Positions 48,775 through 55,326 of a stretch of 64,000 bases of DNA are shown piece by piece. Under the pieces are notes generated by a model. It searched no databases and was not told the origin of the DNA. It saw only the letters and a program-made list of their open reading frames with translations. Position 1 is the first letter of the stretch; each line of letters begins with the position of its first letter. This stretch comes from Syntrophales bacterium (GTDB lineage: Bacteria; Desulfobacterota; Syntrophia; Syntrophales; JADFWA01): assembly GCA_030655775.1 (NCBI GenBank), contig JAUSPI010000154.1, forward strand, positions 3,839-67,838, read 5' to 3'. The position numbers and the translations under genes are program-made.

Positions 48775-49667
48775 GGGGTCAGGTCTTGCTTTTTGCCACC
48801 CTTGCGGCGATTTTACTGACCCGTGAATAATGAAGTCCAATGTGGTTGCCAACATCCTTCAATTTATATCCCCAACGGTACACAGCATCGTAGATTCCTT
48901 CGTTTCTTTGCGTGCCCTCGAATATCTCCGTAAGGGAGGGACGTGCGGCATACTTCTCCATTCGCACAGCCTCATCCGTTTCCGACTCATCAATTAACTT
49001 TTGGACTTTTTCAATAAATTCTCCTCGCCCTAATATCAGCCCGCCTCTGGCTTCTTTCAAAGGACTTTCACTATCCGATCCCTCCTTCACAAAGGAAATG
49101 TACCGTTCACGGGCATGAACCTTCGAAGGGGAGAATAAAGCTAGGAGCCAGTCTGTGTGGAGAACCGATTCTCGTTGTCTCATACCAGCCGTTGCACCGT
49201 ATGACGACCAAGACCATTCTTCCGGTGAATGAACCAGTCCCGCCCGTACAGGATTCAACGCAATATATCGGCTGAGTTCGAGAAGGTAGGCATCCTTTTC
49301 GACGACAAATGCTTTATAGCGGCCCTGGAAGAGATGGCCTACACGATCGTGACGCCTGTTATACTTCTGGGTGTAAACGCCATTGAGCTGGCGCATGCCC
49401 TGGGATAGATTAGCCTGGGGAGTTTCCACCAGGAGGTGATAATGGTTGCCCATGAGGCAGTACGCATGGACAATCCAGCGATAACGTTCAACCACATCGG
49501 CAAGGATCATGAGAAACGTCCGGTAGTCTTCAGTATCTGCAAAGATATCCTGCCGGGCATTTCCCCGGGAGGTTATATGATAAAAACCACCTTCGTATTC
49601 TATGCGTATCGGCCGTGCCATGAACAACAGGTATCATACATGATGGCAAAAAGCAAGACCTGACCCC
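48775..49667. mobile_element. Y1-transposase (RAYT/IS200-like) gene unit bracketed by perfect 24-bp inverted repeats
   Basis: GGGGTCAGGTCTTGCTTTTTGCCA at 48775-48798, with its exact reverse complement at 49644-49667. Confidence 0.8.
48779..49621 (-). CDS. IS200/RAYT-like HUH Y1 transposase with C-terminal DnaA-domain-IV-like HTH
   Basis: HUH motif GNHYHLLVE. Tyr context YIALNPVRAGLV. C-terminal ...GYKLKDVGNHIGLHYSRVSKI. The stop codon lies inside the left inverted repeat. Confidence 0.8.
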   Translation of the reverse strand: MARPIRIEYEGGFYHITSRGNARQDIFADTEDYRTFLMILADVVERYRWIVHAYCLMGNHYHLLVETPQANLSQGMRQLNGVYTQKYNRRHDRVGHLFQGRYKAFVVEKDAYLLELSRYIALNPVRAGLVHSPEEWSWSSYGATAGMRQRESVLHTDWLLALFSPSKVHARERYISFVKEGSDSESPLKEARGGLILGRGEFIEKVQKLIDESETDEAVRMEKYAARPSLTEIFEGTQRNEGIYDAVYRWGYKLKDVGNHIGLHYSRVSKIAARVAKSKT

Positions 49668-49681
49668 TTTGAATTGACCGG

Positions 49682-50017
49682 TTAGTAGATGCAGGCATCT
49701 AATATCGATAGCACGTTTGCCAGCAGTTCATCTGAGGCACGTTCGATGCGCTTCGCTTGACGAGTACGGAAGTCGACTGACTTGACCTGCTCAACCATGA
49801 TGAACCCCGTCAGGCTACTATTTTCCGGAACAGGTACGTGGAAGGGAAACCCGCGTTCTGTGTTCGTTAGGGGACACACAATGGCCAAGCCAGTGCTACG
49901 GTTGAACAAGTCCTTGCTCACAACCAGAGCAGGCCGACGCCCTTTCTGTTCGTAACCGGACTGGGGATCGAAAGTGATGGCAATAATGTCGCCTTGTCTG
50001 GGGATATAGACCGCCAT
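49682..50017 (-). CDS. mazF: MazF/PemK-family endoribonuclease toxin
   Basis: 111 aa. GDIIAITFDPQSGYEQKGRRPALVVS...IVCPLTN pattern. ATG adjacent to the mazE stop. Confidence 0.85.
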   Translation of the reverse strand: MAVYIPRQGDIIAITFDPQSGYEQKGRRPALVVSKDLFNRSTGLAIVCPLTNTERGFPFHVPVPENSSLTGFIMVEQVKSVDFRTRQAKRIERASDELLANVLSILDACIY

Positions 50018-50266
50018 CTACCATGCCTCCTTACCGACCGGCTCCCCCCAATCGACTTCGCTGGTGTGGTAGTCTTCGGGAATTTGCGCCACGAGGTCCT
50101 CGAGACGGTACCGTCCGCGGATTTTCCTGATTGGCGCGATAACGATGATACCGTCTCGTACCGCAACCTCCACCTCGTCCCCAACTCCAAGGCGAGCATC
50201 TTCTAGCACGTTCTTGGCAAGACGTAGTCCCTGACTATTACCCCATTTTTGAATCTTCGTATGCAT
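50018..50266 (-). CDS. mazE: MazE/AbrB-SpoVT-family antitoxin
   Basis: MHTKIQKWGNSQGLRLAK start. ATG 50266 is preceded by AAGGAGGTGG. Confidence 0.8.
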   Translation of the reverse strand: MHTKIQKWGNSQGLRLAKNVLEDARLGVGDEVEVAVRDGIIVIAPIRKIRGRYRLEDLVAQIPEDYHTSEVDWGEPVGKEAW

Positions 50267-50292
50267 GTAACCACCTCCTTGTGTATATCCCA

Positions 50293-50321
50293 AGTATAGC
50301 CATTCCAGGCCAAGCAGTCAA
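50293..50321 (-). promoter_or_regulatory. near-consensus sigma70 promoter of mazEF
   Basis: Minus strand TTGACT (50321..50316), 17-nt spacer, TATACT (50298..50293). Confidence 0.6.
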
Positions 50322-50345
50322 GAGGTATTTTAGGCAACCGCCTTG

Positions 50346-50807
50346 TTAGCTGCGGTTTTGTTCTGATTCATGTTCGAGTTTTCCAGCCTCCTGATATAAA
50401 TCAGATAGAGCGCTTTCTGCTTTAAAATATATATCCTGAAGTCTTTTTTCCTTTCTCAGTAATGGATGGCATCCAAGAAATTGGTAAATATAATCTATGG
50501 CCACCCATGATCGATCCAAGAATTCAGAATAATGGCCTTGATTTATTTCTGGAGCCTCTTCATCCGGGACCAGGATTTCTTTACCATCCATTATCTTCGC
50601 TATTAATATTGGTTTTTGAAAGGCCTTTATAAAATGCCTGATGTCCTCACGAAGTTCGGAAGGTGTTTCTCCAAATGGTTCCATTGCTGATTCAGTCCAT
50701 CCTTCAATTGATCCATTTTCATCATAATATACTTCGTGAATATGATATGTATGAGTATCATTTTCCTCATGATATCTATGGATAACCCTGTGATTCCAAA
50801 AAAACAT
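50346..50807 (-). CDS. hypothetical cassette protein (153 aa)
   Basis: ATG 50807 is 6 nt after GGAG. The N-terminal WNHRVI...IHEVYYDENG block recurs in small uncharacterised proteins. No function known to me. Confidence 0.5.
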   Translation of the reverse strand: MFFWNHRVIHRYHEENDTHTYHIHEVYYDENGSIEGWTESAMEPFGETPSELREDIRHFIKAFQKPILIAKIMDGKEILVPDEEAPEINQGHYSEFLDRSWVAIDYIYQFLGCHPLLRKEKRLQDIYFKAESALSDLYQEAGKLEHESEQNRS

Positions 50808-50836
50808 GTTTGACTCCAAAATCTATTAATTTTTAC

Positions 50837-51011
50837 AGCTAACGCCGAGTTGAGCGGAACCCCGACTTGGCGTGAAAGGAAAGTATTTTTACTTTCCTTT
50901 CGCGTCAATCAAGGGGCGGAGTCCCGCAGAGCGGGATTTCCGCTCGAACGATTTGTTCGCGCCGCTTGCGGCGCGTCAAATCGGAGAGTGTAGCTGAACT
51001 CGGCGTTCGCC
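50837..51011 (-). other. unusually long (~175 nt) branched attC-like palindrome / ORF-less cassette DNA
   Basis: Outer stem AACGCCGAGTTCAGC / GCTCAACTCGGCGTT encloses three internal hairpins (for example GAAAGGAAAGTA-loop-TACTTTCCTTTC). On the minus strand it ends in GTTAGCT. Confidence 0.5.
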
Positions 51012-51107
51012 ACGCCGCAGGCGAGGCGAACGTTTTGCCCTTCTCGGATTTTTGCAATCATTCAACAAAAATTCTTTAGTAAAATAGGGGAGGTGTCCCC
51101 CATGTTT

Positions 51108-51180
51108 CATATTTATTGAACAATGGATTGAGTTCGACCGCCTCGCGGATCGACTCAATCCTTATAGGTTATATGAATTC
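51108..51180 (-). other. attC site of cassette 2
   Basis: Minus strand GAATTCATATAAC-CTATAAGGATTGAGTCGA-TCCGCGAGGCGG-TCGAACTCAATCCATT-GTTCAATAAATATG. Confidence 0.65.
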
Positions 51181-51192
51181 TCTCCATCTTAA

Positions 51193-52239
51193 TTACTCAA
51201 TTGTCAGTATATCGGATGAAACTCCAAATTTTTCTAATAGCCGTTTAGCAGAGTTTATTAAACCAGCAGTGTTATTATGTGCGTCTATCCATAGCCCATT
51301 TGAAAGTTTTTTGGGAGCACGAAAATCATCACCATACTTTTGCTTCGGTTCCTTATTGATAAGGTTTCTTTTACCTCGTCCAATTACTACTGGACAGTCA
51401 GAGGGTTTTAGCTTGCCGTTCTTTACGAGCCAGTTAGCAGTGGTGACTAAAATTTCATAAGAATTGCGGAGTTCAAAGACTTCACCTTTTAGTTTCATCT
51501 TTCGTGGCCTTTCACCTCGAAATGGTATTGATTCCATGGATGTATCAGAGGAAGTTTTCTCCCCAAATTCACCTGAAATTATTTCCTTAACCCTTTCTTT
51601 CAACAAATCCTCAATTTCTGTGTCTTCAAACTGATAGTCTAGATAACCTTGCGTGATAATCGATTTAACTACTGGCATGAGCCCCTTTATCATCTCTTCA
51701 GGCTCATCCAAGAGAGATTGCCATATTTCATCTAATATTTGAGATTTCTTCACTAAAACTTCTATATATTCGATGTTGGTTTTTGAGATTGTAGATATCT
51801 TTCTGAGTACCGCTGGCAGTTCTTCATTTTCTATGTCTGTTTTCCAAATGATTCGCTCAGTTAAAGTGGTTCCCTCTTCGAATGACCTAATCAGCACCCA
51901 TATTGCGCCGTTGGTCAATACACCGTATTTTGTGCCCTCGCCAAAAGAATACTTTGCTAATTGGCGGACGACTTCTTTTTGTTCAATGTCAACATCCAAC
52001 TTTTTTGCTTCAACGAAGAGGATTTTCTTTCCGTTCTTAATCAAGGAGTAGTCTGGCACACCTTCTTCTGTGGATACATTAGGCTGTACTTCCTCGGGGT
52101 TTTCAGGATCCCATCCGAGATTCCGCAAAATAGGATTTATTATTTGGTCCCTCACCGCCATCTCGTTCTGCTCATAAAGAGAACGAAATTTCTTTATTTT
52201 TTCTACTATCGGTACTAAAGCCTCGTTTAGATTATTCAT
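51193..52239 (-). CDS. restriction-endonuclease-like protein (type I restriction R-subunit N-terminal / HSDR_N-type domain) with uncharacterised C-terminal domain
   Basis: 348 aa. N-terminal E..VRDQIINPILRNLGWD...GVPDYSL...ILFVEAKK (PD-(D/E)xK-like D...EAK). Confidence 0.55.
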   Translation of the reverse strand: MNNLNEALVPIVEKIKKFRSLYEQNEMAVRDQIINPILRNLGWDPENPEEVQPNVSTEEGVPDYSLIKNGKKILFVEAKKLDVDIEQKEVVRQLAKYSFGEGTKYGVLTNGAIWVLIRSFEEGTTLTERIIWKTDIENEELPAVLRKISTISKTNIEYIEVLVKKSQILDEIWQSLLDEPEEMIKGLMPVVKSIITQGYLDYQFEDTEIEDLLKERVKEIISGEFGEKTSSDTSMESIPFRGERPRKMKLKGEVFELRNSYEILVTTANWLVKNGKLKPSDCPVVIGRGKRNLINKEPKQKYGDDFRAPKKLSNGLWIDAHNNTAGLINSAKRLLEKFGVSSDILTIE

Positions 52240-52265
52240 TTTTTCACGCTACTCCTTTATTAGTG

Positions 52266-52349
52266 GAATTCATATAACGCTTGGTATAACCGGTTTGAAA
52301 AAGCGTCAGCTTTTTCAAATCCGAGTTAATACCATTGTTATGTTTTTCA
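52266..52349 (-). other. attC site of cassette 1
   Basis: Minus strand TGAAAAACATAAC-AATGGTATTAAC-TCGG-ATTTGAAAAAGC-TGAC-GCTTTTTCAAA-CCGG-TTATACCAAGC-GTTATATGAATTC. This is an imperfect palindrome with unpaired bases. Confidence 0.75.
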
Positions 52350-54104
52350 GTCTGCTGTCCATCTTGCCTCAAAGTGTTCACGTTCCATTTTAAGCCCCAG
52401 TTTTATCTTATTGGCAATCTCAGCATTCATCATAGGTAACATATTCAAGCTCTGGCTTACCGCAGCGCGTATTCCAGCCAAGCATGTTTTAGTTTTTATC
52501 CAGTTTTGCGGGCTAAAAACCCGATTTGATGGCTGTGGTTCATTTGCCGCAGATTCTAAAGCAAAACTTAAAGACCTACCTGCTAAGTCTACGATCTGAT
52601 CAGCCAAGCTGTCTTCAATCGCTCTATTCATCGCCAGGTTTGGATCTGGAACACTTTCCATAGGCATGGAGTTTGAAACTCCAAAACATACTGAAATCGC
52701 ATAAAGGTGGTGATATGGGGCATAAGCACGCATAGCGAGCAAACTTTCATTTAGGCCCAACGGATTATCTTTGTTCCATTTTTCCCAAACTTTTTTCATC
52801 CAGAAATTTAAAGCCTGTGCCTTTTCTGGAGAATAATCCTTTTTAAAAAGCTGATCAAAATACTTGTCAAAAATCTTTGTTTCACTATAGGCGATGTTTG
52901 GTCTTTGGGAGTGCCACGAAATGAGATACTTGCCCATATTAAGCAAATCCAATACATAGTCTTTGTCTTTAGACGCTGGGGAGACCTCACCGCGTTTGCT
53001 AACAAAATACCCGTTAGGATATTTCTGTTCATAAGATTTCTTAATATTTAAAACTCTTTTATCATTACTTCTGAGGTCTCTCGGTTTTACAGCACTTTGT
53101 GAATTGGTATTTACGCTTATTTTATCGCCTCTTTCCCTTTGGGGTATCTCATAGAAACGAAATAGAATATATGTTTCATCCAGTTGTTTAACTTTTTCGC
53201 TACAATTCAATATTGTGGTTAATGATTGACATCCATTTACAACACTCAAACCATGGAGTTTTAGCTCACTATTGTTCAACGATAATTTGTTGCAAATTGC
53301 TGTGATGCCATTATGATAAAAAAAGAAATCCTTATGCTGTGGTGAATATATAGTGCTTTTTATCCCTTTATTTACTCTGTTACTCATCCCTAAGCTCTGT
53401 CTAACGTTTTTTTGAAATAATGTTCCATCTTTTATACCTGGCATTCTTATACATTCTCTTAATGGCAGAGTTGCGACTACCACTTTATTTCCAGCTATTT
53501 CAATTTCCATGGCCTTGCTATTTGATAAATCTACATTGTGATTAATAGTTGGATTATCTTTTTCAAGAGCTATATCATACCTTCTCTTTAATTCATTATT
53601 GTCAACGACTTTAATCGTCGCAAAAAAATCGTTATTTTCACTCAGATCAACAAGCTGTGCTTGAAATGTGCCTAAGTCGGTTTTCGCAGCATCAGTTAGT
53701 GCACCTGTTGTAACCAGTTCAAATTCAATCTCGTATTCATCTTCCAAAGCTCTTGCTACTTCAGACAACTTTCTCTTTAATTTAGTGTTGCCGACCTCTT
53801 GAAGTCTAACTAAATCTCGCAATTGTACCCATGAAGACAATACTTCACGCAAAGGCTCAGCATCAACTGATCCGTTACCAATAAAATTGCCTTGCAGGAC
53901 AAAAATTGATTGCTGATTATCATCAATGAATATTGCATCAATTTGCTTGTCATCAGCCCCATCTGTCATATCATCCTTGGTTTCATTCATGTCCCTCAAA
54001 TGGATATTACGCAGATACCATGCAACAAATCGTTGACCATCATTTGGAAAATTCTGTTGATAAAATTTGTCTTGTATTTCGGCAGTTATTTTTTGGTACA
54101 TCAT
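52347..54104 (-). CDS. AIPR-family abortive-infection / phage-resistance protein
   Basis: Start set to ATG 54104 (AGGAGAAAGA RBS). N-terminal FVAWYL...TDGADDKQIDAIFID, then FFYHNGITAI...VVNGCQSLTTI...KPRDLRSND. These blocks are typical of AIPR proteins. Confidence 0.75.
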   Translation of the reverse strand: MMYQKITAEIQDKFYQQNFPNDGQRFVAWYLRNIHLRDMNETKDDMTDGADDKQIDAIFIDDNQQSIFVLQGNFIGNGSVDAEPLREVLSSWVQLRDLVRLQEVGNTKLKRKLSEVARALEDEYEIEFELVTTGALTDAAKTDLGTFQAQLVDLSENNDFFATIKVVDNNELKRRYDIALEKDNPTINHNVDLSNSKAMEIEIAGNKVVVATLPLRECIRMPGIKDGTLFQKNVRQSLGMSNRVNKGIKSTIYSPQHKDFFFYHNGITAICNKLSLNNSELKLHGLSVVNGCQSLTTILNCSEKVKQLDETYILFRFYEIPQRERGDKISVNTNSQSAVKPRDLRSNDKRVLNIKKSYEQKYPNGYFVSKRGEVSPASKDKDYVLDLLNMGKYLISWHSQRPNIAYSETKIFDKYFDQLFKKDYSPEKAQALNFWMKKVWEKWNKDNPLGLNESLLAMRAYAPYHHLYAISVCFGVSNSMPMESVPDPNLAMNRAIEDSLADQIVDLAGRSLSFALESAANEPQPSNRVFSPQNWIKTKTCLAGIRAAVSQSLNMLPMMNAEIANKIKLGLKMEREHFEARWTAD

Positions 54105-54130
54105 TCTTTCTCCTATTGAGATAAATGTAT

Positions 54131-54142
54131 TGAAAACATAAC
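54131..54142 (-). other. attI core / first cassette boundary
   Basis: The minus strand GTTATGTTTTCA is the inverted partner of TGAAAAACATAAC at the start of attC-1. Confidence 0.55.
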
Positions 54143-54148
54143 CATTGA

Positions 54149-54176
54149 TTAACAGGCAAATTTGCCCTGATATAAT
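54149..54176 (+). promoter_or_regulatory. candidate Pint promoter (extended -10) overlapped by a palindrome
   Basis: TTAACA (54149-54154), 16-nt spacer, TATAAT (54171-54176) preceded by TGA. The spacer contains GGCAAATTTGCC. Confidence 0.5.
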
Positions 54177-54255
54177 GATATTGATGACATTTTTGGGCAT
54201 ATTTGCCTTGCCCCATTATCTTCAGTTATGGTATTTTAATTGACAGGAGTATCAT

Positions 54256-55239
54256 ATGTCAATATCTAAAAACCGGAAACTGCTTGATGAAGCGCGGGAT
54301 GTGATGCGGCTGCATCACTACTCGATCCATACGGAACGAACTTATTGTGACTGGATTAAACGTTATATACGGCACCACAGTATGACCAGTCGGCAAGATC
54401 TAATAGAGGGTGAAGCCAAGATCGAGGCTTTCCTGACACACCTGGCAGTGGATAAAAACGTGGCTCCATCCACACAGAATCAGGCTATGAATGCGCTGGT
54501 TTTCCTGTACAAACATGTTCTGAAACAACCCCTTGACCAGGAAATTAATGCGGTCCGGGCATCCAGGAAGATCAATGTCCCCGTGGTTATGACCAGGGAA
54601 GAGGTAGCTCAGATCATTGCTCTTATGGGGGGTGTCCCGCAACTGGTTGCTAAGTTATTATACGGTAGCGGGCTACGCATTATGGAAGCTGTTCGCCTTC
54701 GTGTGCAAGATATAGACTATGATCTCAAGTGCCTCGTTGTACGTTCGGGCAAAGGCGCAAAAGATCGGATTACGACTTTCCCAACCTCAGCCATTCCGTT
54801 ACTTCAGAATCATCTTGCAAAAGTGCGGGTGATCCATAACCGGGATCTGGATCAAGGGCACGGGGAGGTTTACATGCCAAATGCTCTCGCAAGGAAATAT
54901 CCAAATGCCGCAAAGGAATGGAATTGGCAGTATGTGTTTCCCGCTCGTAATCTTGCAATTGATCCGCGCAGCGGAAAAGTACGACGTCATCATGTAGATC
55001 CCAGTGTTATAAACAAGGCTATCAAGGCGGCTGTACGTAAGACAGGGCTGACGAAACGAGTAAGCGCTCACACATTCCGGCACAGTTTCGCCACTCATCT
55101 TCTTCAGCGCGGCACCGATATCAGGACTATACAGGCATTATTAGGGCACAAGGATGTAGCCACAACCATGATATACACTCATGTACTGCAACAGGGTGGA
55201 CAGGGTGTGCTAAGTCCGCTCGATGACCTTGATGTCTGA
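54256..55239 (+). CDS. intI: integron integrase
   Basis: 327 aa tyrosine recombinase with RHRY contexts ([43 protein letters not shown]). It carries the IntI-specific insertion [21 protein letters not shown]...[12 protein letters not shown]. Confidence 0.9.
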   Translation: MSISKNRKLLDEARDVMRLHHYSIHTERTYCDWIKRYIRHHSMTSRQDLIEGEAKIEAFLTHLAVDKNVAPSTQNQAMNALVFLYKHVLKQPLDQEINAVRASRKINVPVVMTREEVAQIIALMGGVPQLVAKLLYGSGLRIMEAVRLRVQDIDYDLKCLVVRSGKGAKDRITTFPTSAIPLLQNHLAKVRVIHNRDLDQGHGEVYMPNALARKYPNAAKEWNWQYVFPARNLAIDPRSGKVRRHHVDPSVINKAIKAAVRKTGLTKRVSAHTFRHSFATHLLQRGTDIRTIQALLGHKDVATTMIYTHVLQQGGQGVLSPLDDLDV

Positions 55240-55326
55240 AGGTTTTACAGGGTTTCTTAAGCGGCTATCGAAAAACAGGACAGGCGAAAAATGATACTAT
55301 ATTAACGATAAACAGGGAGGAAGGGA

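Larger units (their letters stand above)
49682..55239. mobile_element. chromosomal integron (intI + attI + cassette array)
   Basis: IntI-type integrase on the plus strand and a divergent minus-strand array of AT-rich genes. They are separated by attC-like imperfect palindromes with GTT.../...AAC boundary reciprocity (see findings). Confidence 0.8.

Noticed and set aside
51013-51158. 60-aa minus-strand ORF 50976..51158 (or its 44-codon internal version) as a cassette gene
   Set aside because: It has no SD, is Arg-rich and low-complexity, and half of it is encoded by the arms of attC-like palindromes.
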